64,000 bases of DNA from Phoronis australis. Lineage: Eukaryota; Animalia; Phoronida. Below the pieces are notes generated by a model. It saw only the letters and a list, made by a program, of their open reading frames with translations. It had not been told where the DNA came from and did not search any database. Each line of letters opens with the position of its first letter. The first letter of the stretch is position 1. Position numbers and translations under genes: made by a program. The stretch is taken from contig NMRA01000097.1 in assembly GCA_002633005.1 (NCBI GenBank), positions 509,721 to 573,720 on the forward strand. Reading direction: 5' to 3'. This document shows, piece by piece, positions 47,871 to 61,091 of the stretch.

Positions 47871-49369
47871 ATTTGTATTGAATGTCTTCCTAGTTAATGC
47901 AGGATTAAAATTCCATTCAAAGAAACTGGAGAACTGACCCACTGCAGTTCATGCTTGGACTGAGTGAATTTGCACACATGTACTTGAACCCAGGAGAGAG
48001 ATTGGTTATGTTTTGAGTTTGAAGACTATTTTCTAGGCTCTGTATATACACGTTAGTAAGTTCATGCAAGTTTTACGAATCAATGTTGTATAAACAACAC
48101 AATAAATTTCCAGCCACTTAATTCTTTTATACTGAGGTACATGTAGGTTTTATACGTCTGTTTTTCAATTTTGGTGTCTTTATTGCAGAGTGGGGCTTTA
48201 ACGGTGGTTGGACGTGGACGGCTACCTGGAAAATTCAAAGTATACACTGATAAACTTTAGCTCATGAACCTATGAATCCAGTTATCTGATGTCAGAAACG
48301 CGCGTTTGTAGGCACAAAACATGAATTATTTGCCTATGAAGCTAAGCGAATCGATGTATCTAAAGAAGATTAAGAGGCTTTTAAAAAGGGACCAACTTTG
48401 TAATCAAATGTCTAAGTTTTCAAATTTCCACCTCCTATAGCCAGGCTGTACTTAGTGTTAGTTTTAATGAAAATTGTTCGCACCATTGAGTGTATTGGGT
48501 TTACTGTTTACATTATTGTCAACAAAAGTGAACAGTTAAAAACCATGAAAGGCAATTCTAGGCACTATTTCTAGCCTATGGAATGCAAGGAAATCCAACA
48601 GTACTTCCCAAAACCACATCTGTGACAACTTCAGATAAACTTTCAGTTACGTTTTATTTTGTGCCCTTGTCTCTGACGATATTCTTGAATTTTGAATGTT
48701 AGGTGACTTGTTATTCCTTGGGTCATTGCTGTAATTTTAGTAGAGAATGTCTGCGCTGATGAAGCATAGTCTTCTGTTGTATAGTACTTCCTGGCCATGT
48801 ACTCACTTTTTCTTTGGTTGTGTTTCATGATTTTGTGGTGATTTATCTGTCTGAACATTGCATTCCGATTCCTCAATTCCCATATATTGTGAGAGACTGC
48901 CAAGTATCAACGTATGAATATGTTATTAAGCTGATTTAGTTTTCACTGCACTATATTTATGACACTTGATGAACCGAATCTTTACCTGTGTCTGGATTTT
49001 AGGTTCTTGTATTTCGCGCATGCTCAAACATTGTAAGGATCTAGGGTAAATTCAGGAAATACTATCAATTATTGTTAATGATATGTTAATAGAACTCTAT
49101 CTCGTTAAATGATGTATGAAAATCATTAAATGTGTTACTGTACTCCTTTTTTGTTTAATTTAGTGAAAAATGAATTTTCTTAATGCCTGTGATATTGAAA
49201 CTTATTGCTCTTGGAGGACTTAAGTTTTCAAAAGTTATGCCCTCAAAATTATTAAGTTCTGAAAACGAAAAGTTATCAAAAACTTAAGTTTTGATAACTT
49301 AAGTTTGTTCTTAAAAATTGTTCCAAAATACTTCAATTTTTGAAAAAAATCAGTTTTTAAAACTGCCCT

Positions 49370-50990
49370 ACTGAAAAAATTCTCAGTTTGCCGAGTACCA
49401 TCTTCAGCAATTTGTCCCCACCATTCCTCCGTATGTTAAAGATACAAATCATTTTGTTAATATAATTAAAGCATCACCGATTTACTCAAGAATGTCCTCT
49501 TAATTACTCTTAATGTTAAAAATTTATACACTGATATCCATGAACAAGGAGGCGAAGAAGCCTGCAAGAAATTTCTTAATCAACGTAATAATCCTAATGT
49601 ACCTACGTCATTCATTATCCCTCTTCTTGAACATGTACTTACCACGAATCACTCCATCTATCAATAATCAACATTATCTCCAAATATAAGGTACAGCTAT
49701 GGGCACTAGGGTTGTCCCTACTTTTGCAAACCTTTTAATGGCAAATCTTGAAAATAACATCATCAAATCTTGCTCTAAAAAACCGCTTCTCTGGCTGAGG
49801 TATATTGACGACATTTTCATGATTTGGTCCACAAACATTACATGCATCCTAAGAAAATATTAACAAATTTCACACCACAATAAACTTCACCCACGGCACT
49901 TGTCAAAATGAAATTTCATTTTAGATGTCACTGTCACCTTTAGTAATGATAGACTAGAAACGGACTTATTCTGTAAAGAAACTGACATATCATTTATTTC
50001 ATACCTCTCACGGTATGAACAGCCTTCCATATAGTCTTGGAATTGGAATTCGTGGCATTTGTTCAGAAGAAAGTGCCTTTAATAACCGTTTAAATGAACT
50101 AAAGCATTACTTACTTTAAATTCATTTTCTCTTACATCTTATACACAAATAGTTTGACAAAGTCCGCTCAATCACAAGAAATGAATCTTTAAGAACTAAA
50201 GCGAAATATAATACTTTTAATAGAATACCCTACTCAACCATTTTCAATCCACGATTAAACGGAATTAGCCACGTCTTCAGAAAACATCTTTCTACTCTGC
50301 TTATTTCGCCTCAAATGAAAAACCTATTCCCTCATCCACCAATAATTTCTTGTAGAAAATGCAAAAGCTTAAAAAGTATTTTGTTAGAACAAATATGGAC
50401 TTTAAAAACCAAACTGACAAACCTATTGACAACACACAACGTAACAAATCAAGATCCAAAATTTGTAACTTTATCAACAACAATACATGTACTTCCTTCC
50501 AATCTTCTCAAACCAAGGAACACTTTGAAATGAAACATTATTTTGACTGCTCACACAACAATGTCAATTACCTAATAACACGTAGAAAATGTTCCATTCA
50601 ATATTTAGGACAAACGCAACATCATGTACAAACTCGGTTTCACAATCTCATATTGAACATAATATAAAAAACGTTCGTATACTATAGGTAATCATTTCAA
50701 TTCCAAAAAACACAATCAACAAGATCCTTCTGTACAAATAATAGAGAAACTCCAATACCCCGGTACCCCTCACAGACTAGAAAGAGAACAATTTTGGAGT
50801 AATAAGATGAACACACTGGAATCTAGTGGATTGAACAAAAGGACTCCTTACTTTATATCCTTTATTTTTCCGCAATTATGTACCATATTCATTCTGCCAT
50901 TTATCAGATGTCAATTTTCATATGCATGTAGTGCTTGTTTTTACTTTACTTCTGTTTCTGTTGACGAAGGATGTTATATACGGAAACTTC
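49370..50990 (+). mobile_element. Penelope-like retroelement (RT + GIY-YIG), 5'-truncated and decayed
   Basis: YVKDTNHF; LNVKNLYT; GTAMGTRVVPTFANLLM; LWLRYIDDIFMIW; FLDVTV; DCSHNNVNYLITRRKCSIQYLGQT (GIY-YIG); HFNS..H; RLEREQFW...TL.SSGLN. Tail ttgacgaagg...cggaaac at ~50961-50987. Confidence 0.92.
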
Positions 50991-51163
50991 AGTGCTCCAA
51001 TTTTGTTGTATTTTACGTATATCTATTCCGTGTATGTTACGTATTCAGTAGAAAGTGTATTCAATTTTCTCGTACTCAAATAAGTGGCACTGAAGTTGAC
51101 GTCACTAACTAATCCCTCTGACACTAATTTGTTGTTGATTGGGAATGTCCACTGTGTGCTACA

Positions 51164-51424
51164 ATGGATGTTGACAACTTCTTGTCAGAATGTTATGTAA
51201 ATCCTACTTCCGCTTGTTTATCGAAACTCAGAAAGTCAGATTTGTTAGCGATTGGTGGCAAAATAGGTCTTGCCACAAAAACGGCAATGCGCAGGAGTGA
51301 AATCCTGAGAATAGTTTGTCATTATTTTGTAGAGGAAGATTTATTACCTGACGACGCTCTTTCCTCTAATAAGCTTCAGAGTGAAACTGAGAATGAAATG
51401 ATTAAACTACAACTTCAAATTTGA
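51164..51424 (+). pseudogene. Gypsy-type LTR retrotransposon gag N-terminal fragment
   Basis: PTSACLSKLRKSDLLAIGGKIGL...MRRSEILRIVCHYFVEE followed by the coiled-coil start EMIKLQLQ; truncated. Confidence 0.55.
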
Positions 51425-51672
51425 GAGTGAGTAAGAGCGCCCATGTTTATAACAAATAAAAAGACGTTACAGAAAAATAGACGAAATGGCGAAAAGTTGA
51501 CATTTTATTTTTGAAATGCTGCTTAAATAGAAATGAAAAGGCCTCAGGAAAAACCCCTAAAAATACCGGGTGAGCTGCTTGAATTCTGGTTCACTTGCCG
51601 AGAAACACTTCTAATACTGAAATTCAGTAGTGTGGTTATCGTGCTCCAGGTCTCTTAACAGGAAAACCAAGA

Positions 51673-51790
51673 ATGGAGAGGCGTTGCGTTAGTGGTGGTT
51701 GTAGCATCGTAGTTTCGGACCATGACGTAACTCTTTTCGCTTTCCCACGAGATTTAGGAACACGTTTGAAGCTCCCGATACTCGTTTGTA
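51673..51790 (+). pseudogene. THAP domain N-terminal remnant (third family)
   Basis: MERRCVSGGCSIVVSDHDVTLFAFPRD fits the M..C.V.GC...LF.FP.D THAP start; the rest is deleted. Confidence 0.55.
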
Positions 51791-53171
51791 GGTTGGCATG
51801 TTACACTGACGCTGGGTACTTTTATACGCCACTCGCACGTCTATAGGGTTAAGATACCTTCAATTGAAGTCCACTTTGTTTAATTTCTACTTGTTGGGAT
51901 ATCTAATTAAGGATTGCGATATACAATGTAATTTTAAAATTAAACAACATACATCGATCAATAACAGCATTACAATCGTTGCTGGCACAAGCCAATTGAT
52001 TTTAACCATAATGTATTAAGTAAAACGCTGAAACTTTCAAGATAATGAAAATTCAACAAAAATTTGACATTTGATTAAACAGATGCGTCGAAGTTTTATG
52101 TATCTGCACTCATGCGGTCATGGGAAATTTAACCAACATAAAGAAGAAAATGTCGTCATGGTTACTATCGTTATGGAATTAATCTATGAAACGGTATCAT
52201 CGATTACTTAACAACTGGATGTCCAGATAAATACTAGCAATCAGTTTGTCATATCGGACCTTACATACATCTTGATGTGTTATACCAAAATATTTAAAAT
52301 AACTATAGATTTTGACTCAGTAAAAGTATATGTTTTTTTAATTTGATTGTTCACGTTTAATGGTCTGTCATCAATTGCCTATAACAACCATATCATTTTG
52401 CTAAAATGAGTTGAGCATAAATATTAAAAAATATTATTCATAACTTGAACAAATTTCATTTCATATAAAACCCTGAAACTAGATTACTAAAACGTTGTAA
52501 CAAGTATACCTAACTACACCATTTGTTTCAAAAGTTCTACTTTATATCCCGTCACGCGAGGGTAGACCAATTTAAAAACAATCCCTAGCACAAATTTGAG
52601 AGTAGAGCATAAAGCATAATTTCGTTATTTCAATTAGCCATTTCAGAATTAAAATATTTTCCAAAATTTGGATATTTTTTGTGTCCTACATCACCGTCAC
52701 GTTGAAGGTGGCGAGTTTGGTCAATGACTGAGACAGTTTAAAATCCAGTCAAATCGATTTTGTACGTGATAAATCTGCATGTACATAAATCATCAAAAAA
52801 TCTTTAAGTTAACATGTCGACTTTTATTCCCGCAATAAGAAATGAACTTGCTGTCACGCGTCTTCGTCAAAGTTTTCAATTAAAATAAACTTGTTTGGAA
52901 AAAGAATCAATATCATTAAATTTCATAAATCTTGTCAAATTTCAATTATACATATAGATGATTCAAAACCAACCAACTGTTTCACCTTACTTAAACACCC
53001 AGGAAAAGTTAGCTGGTAAAAAAACAAAACGATATCCAATCAGTCTTCATTAAACCATGAAATTGAACAGATTAAAATTTTCGTGACACAAGTTACTGGC
53101 TCAAAGACTGATTCCTTAATATCCATGCCAATTTTCCTCTTCTTTGTCAACAACGACAACTCAAACACCAG

Positions 53172-53400
53172 CAGCCGATTTTATGAAGGTAATTTAAGGT
53201 TAAACCTGGTTTAAACTGAAAACTTATACCACGTTTAAAGATAATCTGCATTTCATTGATGTGGTTTAAGTTTTAGACCCGTGGACTAGTAAAACCTGGT
53301 CCGATTTCTAGTTTAGACCTGGTCTAATTCAATTTCCATTTTACCACCGAGGTCTATATCCCTTAGACATTAGTCTTGGTCAGACTCAGGTTTAGTCTTG
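53172..53400 (+). mobile_element. Single-end copy of the 2401-3725 element family
   Basis: cagccgattttatgaag...aaacctggtttaa...tttagacc is collinear with 2401-2650. Confidence 0.7.
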
Positions 53401-53473
53401 CTAAATATATTGCACTTACATGATATAGGTGCAATTCAATGTTTTAATGTTTGTTACTAAATCTTCAATACAA

Positions 53474-53477
<4 letters not shown>

Positions 53478-53507
<30 letters not shown>
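53478..53507. repeat. (TA)n microsatellite
   Basis: Direct reading. Confidence 0.95.
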
Positions 53508-53511
<4 letters not shown>

Positions 53512-53670
53512 AGAAAGCGCTAAGAGGCATTACATCTGGGTAAAACAATACAAATAAATCTATATACAACTATTATACACAAATACATAAATTAAAAAAT
53601 TGATGTTAAGATTACATTGATATATGATTACTAATGTAAATAAATGATTTTCATACACATGTATACAGTT

Positions 53671-54055
53671 CTATCCACTCCCACAAAGAGATTTAATATT
53701 ATAAAGAAATTTTGATACTATTTCCAATAAAATCTTAACTTCATTTGGGTTGTGTTCTTGACATCCATATAGAAAAAAATGTTGTACAATTGCGGAATTT
53801 AAGAATATTGTTTGTAGCCATTGGGGTATTGTTCGAGGGTCTGGAAAAGTTGTACCCTCTGGTACCTGCATAACTCAAAACAAAGAAAACATGAGCATTT
53901 GTCTCCACAGGAAGAGAGAGGCGAAATATTATTAAAATTATGTCTAGATTCCTCGCCGTTTAGGAATAGACCGCATCTTGATCAGTATAGGACTTTTCAT
54001 AGTTGCGAGGAAGTTGAAATGATGTCAATGGGGCTGGCAAGTCTTGAGTAGTGGC
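53671..54055 (-). pseudogene. CR1-like LINE 3'-end remnant
   Basis: SRHNFNNISPL...FFLYGCQEHNPNEVKILLEIVSKFL resembles the CR1 ORF2 C-terminal zinc-knuckle region; followed by an AT-rich tail. Confidence 0.6.
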
Positions 54056-54066
54056 ATGCATTTTAA

Positions 54067-55250
54067 AGGCGAAAGCAGCCCTTTTTCATATCATTTTTAG
54101 GAAAAATAAGGATCGTTGATTATCCCAGACACAATTTTCACTTAAAGCTTTTCGTAATTTGATTAACTTCTCGTCCTCTACTCCGGAAGTGACGTTTTGG
54201 GAGGCAAGAGTTTCGCGCTAATTTCTTTTCGGTATAGTCTGACTGTGAGAGCTGTCGAGTCAGTCATTGTTTTACCTCGTTTATGATAAGTTTGGTCGTC
54301 GTTTGCTTTTGTTTACAAGTCAGTCAACATGCCACGCTGTTGCTGCGTGCCGGGATGAACTCATTATCGTCTAACAAGCGTCTTGGGTACCTTGCGTCGC
54401 TTTCCGAAGGATGACACACTTTGCCGTACTTGGCTAGCTCGTTCATGTGAAGAACGCAGCGCTACAAAGCAGTGGAGGGTTACCGAGTGTGTGGCAAGCA
54501 TTTTCTGCCCTAAGATTATGACAGATATGTTCGCTGAATTGATGAAGGTCCCTGCGAAACAGCACCTAAAGAAGGGTACCATACCGTCGCTGCTGATTCC
54601 CGGCAGTGCCCCGTCGCCAACCCCTAGAAGTGCGTTTTTGAAGCAAGAAGCCTCGAATGCTGTGGCCACTATATACATTGTACAGTGATTGGAGGCACTT
54701 CATCTACTGTCACCCGTGCCTCCGAACGTACCCCATTGCGTGCAATTCCGGGAACTAGCAGTGATTCGCCCTGTGCTGTTGTCTCTAGCCCAGAGCCTGC
54801 AAGCAGCCCTGCAACGATGTTGAGTAGTGGGAGTGAATACAGGCCCAGTTCGATACCCAGTGAAGAGGACAGTTCGTCACCCGATACAGATCGGTGAGCC
54901 TAAGTTTGATAATTTTATTGTGGACTTGTATTGGAGCTATTTGGAAAGTGCTAGGTGTGTGGCGAGGGAGTCACACGGCGGGATGTAAGCAGTTTGGGTG
55001 CTCAGATCACCGTTCAGTTGGAGTGTGTCGCGGGACACTCGAGCATGTGGGACAGTTCTTCCTCTGTACGTGAGACGATAATGAGTACACCCCATTACGC
55101 AGCAACAGCGTGGCATGTTGACTGACTCGTAAGCAAAAGCAAATGACAACCAAACTTATCACAATCGAGGCAGAACTATGACTGACTCGACTGCTCTCAC
55201 ACTCAGACTATATGAAAAGAAATTGGCGCGAAATTCTTGCCTCCTAAAAC
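54067..55250 (+). mobile_element. Kolobok-like foldback element, copy 2 (right end truncated)
   Basis: Left end TTAA|AGGCGAAAGC; long inverted arms; THAP pseudo-ORF from 54329; the right arm stops at ...cttgcctcctaaaac. Confidence 0.85.
54329..54610 (+). pseudogene. THAP zinc-finger domain remnant
   Basis: MPRCCCVPG*THY...LRRFPKDDTLCRTWLARS...(shift) RVCGKHF...LKKGTIPSL is a C2CH THAP signature with a stop and frameshifts. Confidence 0.85.
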
Positions 55251-56210
55251 TGTCAGTCTATATTCTGACAGTATTTCAAGTTCACGAACAGCAGGCCAAC
55301 CTCAATAAACTTGGAAGCGTTTTCTTGAGTGGCTAAAGGTTTTGATGTTCTAATTATTGTATTGACTGCTCGCACCCGGCCTGAATATAGGAGGCTCGAA
55401 GGTATGTGGACCTTTTACCTAAAGAAAATGAGGCACAACATTCAGACCTATGAATTGCGCATTCGCGTTGAATTCAGTCCTGTGGACTTTTGTCTCGTTT
55501 TCTCGGACTTTTTGTTTCTCTGAAGCGGACCTTTTAGCCCACTTCGCTAAATGGGGGGCTCGTTCAAGCCCCCCGAGCCTCCCCCCTGGGTGTGCACATG
55601 GATCGGTTGAAGTTTTTTTCATATAGCCTACTTACAAAGCAACAGGCTGTCTAGTAAGCTTTGATGTAGTTTGAATGTGTCTGCGACAATAGTTATTTTT
55701 TATAGAAGCGACATTTCCCTGGGCCGTGCGAATTGGAATAAGCTCTAATGCCCAGCTGTTAATTAGATAAAAACCCTGGCAACAGCATTTGAATAGATGA
55801 AATATGCTTCTGCTAGTCACATTCATGCATTTTTTCTCTTTCTGGTGAAGCTGGTCCTCATGTTGTACTAGAAACTCGCACTTTTTCCAGTCCCGAAGAG
55901 ATATTGGTGGCTTAAGTTTGTTAATCGAATGGGTTATCTGCAACCAGTAATCTGGTTTGTTTGTGCAGGTGAACGCTTTTGTTTATTTGTTGTGTACCTT
56001 TACTCATCAGCCTAAGTCAGAGAAACGCTTGAACTGCCCATGCATTTTATTTAAGCTCATCCACTGGTTAAAATTCAGTTCACGACAGAATCGTGGTGGC
56101 TGTGGGAAATACATGGATAAGCAGCCTACGCATTTTATACTATGTAAAAAAAAACGAAAAGCGCTCAACACGGAGCTTATAAATTAGTCCATCACTGAGT
56201 CTGGTTCTAC

Positions 56211-57227
56211 CTATTCACATTCAGCGGAAATGCAGCACAACATTCTTTGCCATCGTGGAGCGACATTGTGGCCCTTGGAAGAGGGGCTTGTGGAAACTTT
56301 TGTATTGCCGCCATTTTTTCTAAAAGTCGTCTTCAATTTCTTGAAAAAACCCTGTTTAACATCTTTAGATGAAGCTGAGGTGTAGGTGTTCTCCGAAACG
56401 TCAAGGATGACTGCATCCGAAGATGTCGCATTGTTGGGCAATTCTGCGACACCTGATGGGTTGCCGTCATCCATGCGAATGTGTACAACGTCACCTGATT
56501 TGTCGGTGCGAGATTTCGTAATCGTGATGTCCTCAGCATCGCGTTGAGGGCTACAGAAGCTTCCCGTGACATGTTTTGCAGGACCGCCGCAAATTGCACT
56601 CTGGAATAACGCCACCGGACCAGTGGGCTTGACGCTTTCCAGAAGCCGACCGTGAACGCTATCTGGTTTGTACTGAATTGGAGATCTAAGGACGGTCTCT
56701 TCGACATCAGTAGCAGTTTTCTCTAACTGAGTTTTCTCTGGCTTGTTAGCACTGCATGTAGCCGACATCGGAAAGCTTCTCTCCAGTAACTGGGGCTCTG
56801 CGGTTTCACATGCGTTGTTCAGCTCGATTGTTGTCGCCTTTTTCGTCTCGCACTCAATGAAAAACTCGATGGGGGCTGTTTGTTTGCGGGTTGTGCAGTT
56901 TGCCTCTTTCCGGCATAACAACTCACCCTGATAGCTACGCAAGTCATTAATGTAACCCTCGTACATTTCCTTTACTCCAATATCAGTCTCTGCGTCATTG
57001 AGAGCAATAGCAGCGTCCAGTACGTCGGCCAACCATTTTTCATCGTCGATGTTTGTGCAATGGTCTGCGTTACTGAACATGAAGCTGCACACAAAAGATA
57101 CTACTTTATCAGTCATTCTCAATACAGAGTAAGAAATACAGCTAACACACCACACTAAATATAATGTTATACCTTCGAGCAAATGTTCTAATTTCCAGCC
57201 GGTAGCCATTTGTACAGGTAGGTCCAT
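56211..57227 (-). CDS. Intronless 338-aa orphan ORF, unknown function
   Basis: Longest ORF in the window, with an ATG start. It has a hydrophobic N-terminal segment, an S/T/E-rich middle and a C-terminal GFFKKLKTTFRK...RWQRMLCC. AATAAA lies ~225 bp downstream (55987-55982). Confidence 0.6.
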   Translation of the reverse strand: MDLPVQMATGWKLEHLLEGITLYLVWCVSCISYSVLRMTDKVVSFVCSFMFSNADHCTNIDDEKWLADVLDAAIALNDAETDIGVKEMYEGYINDLRSYQGELLCRKEANCTTRKQTAPIEFFIECETKKATTIELNNACETAEPQLLERSFPMSATCSANKPEKTQLEKTATDVEETVLRSPIQYKPDSVHGRLLESVKPTGPVALFQSAICGGPAKHVTGSFCSPQRDAEDITITKSRTDKSGDVVHIRMDDGNPSGVAELPNNATSSDAVILDVSENTYTSASSKDVKQGFFKKLKTTFRKNGGNTKVSTSPSSKGHNVAPRWQRMLCCISAECE

Positions 57228-57551
57228 TATACAAATGATTAATTAGTGATTACGTACAATGTACGTCGACAATAGCACGACGCCACAAATCAAAGACGTC
57301 AAATGCCAAAAAAGTCCCAAACTTTGCGAACTTTTTGTATGACATTTACCTTGGGAAGATCATATCTTTTTAACTGCGACTTATTCATTTTGGAAATTGG
57401 TTATATTTTGTCGATCAACAGTTCTTGGGCAATTTTCTTAGATTGCACTAACAATTTTCAACCATCTTTAAACTACTTTTCAAGATGCATAATCTCATAC
57501 AATTGTGAATATGCAAATGAAGTTCTAATTCACAAACAACCCCGGGTCCTC

Positions 57552-57967
57552 CAGGGCCCGAAATCTAATGTATGTACTCGAAACGAACTCAAAATTATTC
57601 TTTATTTTATCAATTTCTCTGCTCCTTTTATGCGAACTCAAGATAAGTGGTTATCAGACTGTGCTCGAATACATTTAATAGTTTACGCATATGAGTTTCT
57701 AGACCAAGTTTGTACTTGATGACCCTTATATTCGCGCTACAAACTGGAGTAAACACTCGAAATTTCGAGTTCAAATTCGATATTTTAGCATTAATGTTGA
57801 GTTTATCAACTGCAAACTGAGAATAAAAAACTTTCCACGTTAGTCATTATGTACTCAAACATAGAATAATAGACATTTATCTTGAGTTCGCACAAAAGTA
57901 GAGTAGAAAACGCCAAACATAACTTCGATTCCCATTTCGAGTAAAAACATAAAAACTCGGGCGCAGG
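57552..57967 (-). mobile_element. ~410-bp MITE (same family as 38320-38726)
   Basis: Reverse-complement collinear with 38320-38726 (gaactcaagataa, ctcgaaatt motifs). Confidence 0.8.
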
Positions 57968-59667
57968 TCCAAGGCTAAATCTGGGTACGTTCATACCACA
58001 AAATGAGCCCCTCCCATTGCACGCGCCTCGAGCGAATCGGACAAAGCTAGCAACAATACTAAAATATTAGATTTGCCCGGCTTGCTATCACTAAATTCCT
58101 CGAGTATGTTAATAACAGCTAGCAAACATTCATTTTGCAGTGGAAGTGTTTTTCAGTACTAAAGGGCCGCATTACGAAGTTAATTGAAAAAAATAGGAAC
58201 AGGTAATACATGCGCGCAACCAGGGGAGCAAGTGGGGAGCTCGAATTTTTTAATGTGAACCTTTTATTAAGATTCACAACGTACGCCGTTCAGAGCTAGG
58301 AATTGTGCATTCGCCGAATGTTGGCAGTTTCTTCATTTTTAAAGGACTTTTGTCTCGTTTTCTACTTTTTTCGGAGTTTTTGCTTTTCCGAGGCGGACCC
58401 TTTTGCCCACTTAGCCAAAAATGGGGAGCTCCTTCGAAGGAGCCCCCTCCCCCGAGTGTGCGCATGCATTGGCAACAGAAATAGAAACCTATCACGGTGA
58501 GGAATGTCATGAGACCTATTTTATGATATTAAAAGACCTTTTTTGACTTTTGAATTTTAGCCAGATGAACTGGACGAAATGCAGCTTTTATAGGGATGTC
58601 GTTTTACGGCTCAAAAACGCATATTGGCATTATGGTTGGGTTAGATAAACTTTTTGAAGCTATTACGTTTGATTAGAGTTACAGAACAATAATGTCCGCT
58701 GTGTTTTTTGATTTCGTTACAAATCGCCAATTACTGCCGTTGTCTGCCACTTAGCTCAGCGGCTGCGACCTCAAAGGGTCCAGTAGAATCCATGCTGCGG
58801 CTATTCTCAGGTAAATCAAATTTCTCGACGATAATGTCACTTCGTAACACCATTATGTACAGGAATATCGAGAATACACCTATACATGTATCTGCTCTTA
58901 ACACCGCATAATGAGGTCGCAAGAGTGAGAAGTCTGCAGCCTTATTTGCCCGTCTAATTTATTATACTCTTGTCTCAAAGGAGGACACACCAGTTTATTG
59001 ATCAGACTATTGATATATAAAAAATAAATTAGCATGGTGTTTCTATTTGAGGATGCTATACGTATTGGAACTAACCTGGCTACAAACAGTTTGAAAATTT
59101 ACACTTTTGAAGATGATTTTCATAGATTACCAGCAACTGATAAAGGGGAACTGAGAGGTAGACAGATGGATGGGCGAATGGACACACAAACACACACGGA
59201 CACGCAAAGACACAGGACAAATAAAATGTATCTATTACAGAACATAGATGACAATAAAGTTAGGGTTGTAATACTGGCACTGATACACTGGCTTAAGTTT
59301 CTGTTGATTTTTTACTAGATTTAAAGTTAAGACTTCAACCACTTCATTAAATTATACTGAGAAAATATTCACTTTGTGTTTTTTAAAAATGAATATTAAA
59401 TATGGCCAAGTTTCAAAGTTTCGAAAGGCCATTGTTATATGAAGTTTACAATACAGAATGTTGAATGTGTTAATTACATTTATTTCATACATATTTTAGG
59501 TACAACTGTCTTGTTATGTGGTATTCATGGATAAATAGAACACTAAAAAAGACACAAACCATCTTCTTGACATTGTCAGATTTTACCTGACAAACAAGGA
59601 CAGCTTTATCAAGAGCATTGTTTCTACACTACTGTAATGCAGTGTTCTCCATGATCACATTTAACCT

Positions 59668-59712
59668 GCAGCAGCAGCGGCAGCAGCAGCAGAAGGCAGC
59701 AGCAGCAGCAGC
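59668..59712. repeat. Imperfect (CAG)n tract
   Basis: Direct reading. Confidence 0.9.
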
Positions 59713-59788
59713 GACCTGTTTGTCAACACTTGCGAAATGGTTTGAGATCTTGTAAATCGATATTGCATACATTATTTAGCCTTTATGT

Positions 59789-61091
59789 AGCCTTTTTTAT
59801 TGTCATTTTAGCAAAAATAAGGTTTGTTGATTATCTCAGACATATTTTCAGTTACTTACGGCTTTTCGTATCTTAATTAATTACTCGTCGTCTACTCCGG
59901 AAGTGACGTTTTGGGAGGCAAGAATTTCGGGCGAATTTCTTTTCATATAGTCTGACTGTGAGAGCAGGCGAGTCAGTCATTGTTCTACCTCGGTTGTGAT
60001 AAGTTCGGACGTCGTTTGCTTTTGCTTACGAGTCAGTCAACATGCCACGTTCTTGCTGCGTACTGGGGTGTACTCATTATCGTCTCATGTACAGATGAAG
60101 AACTGTCCCACTTGCCCGAGTGTCCCGCGACACACTCCCACTATAGGGTGATCTGCTTACATCCTGCCGTGTGACTTCCGTGCAACACACCTGGCACCTT
60201 CCAAATAGTTCCAATACAAGTCCACAATAAACTTATCAAACTTAGGCTCACCGATCTGTTCATTGAAGGACGAACTGTCCTATTCTCTGGGTGTCGAACT
60301 GGGCCTGTATTCACTCCCACTACTCAACATCGCTGCAGGGCTGCTTACAGGCTCTGGGCTAGAGACAACAGCAAAGAGCGAATCACTGCTAGTTCCCGGA
60401 ATTGCACGCAATGGGGGTACTTTCGGAGGCACGGATAACAGTAGACGAAGTGCCTCCAGTCACTGTACATAGTGGCCACAGCTCGCGAGGCTTCTCGCTT
60501 CAAAACGCACTTCTCGGGGTTGGCGACGGGGCACTGGCAGGAAAACAACAGCGACGGTATGGTACCCTTCTTCAGGCATTGTTTCGCAGGGAACTTCAAT
60601 TCAGCGTACATATTTGTCATAATCTGACGGCAGAAAATGCTTGCCACACACTCGGTAACCCTCTACTGCTTTGTACGTTCCGTGGACGGGTAGCGCTGCG
60701 TTCTTTACATGAACGAGCTAGCCAAGTACGGCGAAGTGTGTCATCCGTCGGAAAGCGATGCAATGTACCCAAAGCGCGTGTGAGACGATAAAGAGTACAT
60801 CCCGGCACGCAGCAAGAGCGTGGCATGTTGACTGACTTGTAAACAAAAGCAAACGACGACCGAACTTGTCACAAACGAGGTAGAACAATGACTGACTCGA
60901 CAGCTCTCACAGTCAGACTATAATGAAGAGAAATTGGCGCGAAACTCTTGCCTCCCAAAACGTCACTTCCGGAGTAGAGGACGAGAAATTAATCAAATTA
61001 CAAAAAACTGTAATTAAGTGATAAATGTGTCTGGGATAACCAACGAACTTTATTTTTGCTAAAAGTGACATGAAAAAGGTTGCCTTCGCCT
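59789..61091 (-). mobile_element. Kolobok-like foldback element, copy 3 (inverted relative to copy 2)
   Basis: Right end GTTGCCTTCGCCT|TTAA is intact, while the left end lacks the terminal AGG motif. A THAP pseudo-ORF runs from 60826 downward. Confidence 0.85.
60540..60826 (-). pseudogene. THAP zinc-finger domain remnant
   Basis: MPRSCCVPGCTLYRLTRALGTLHRFPTDDTLRRTWLARS...(shift) RVCGKHF...LKKGTIPSL. Confidence 0.85.

Noticed and set aside
59668-59712. Polyglutamine-coding exon
   Set aside because: No ORF or splice context; treated as a simple repeat.
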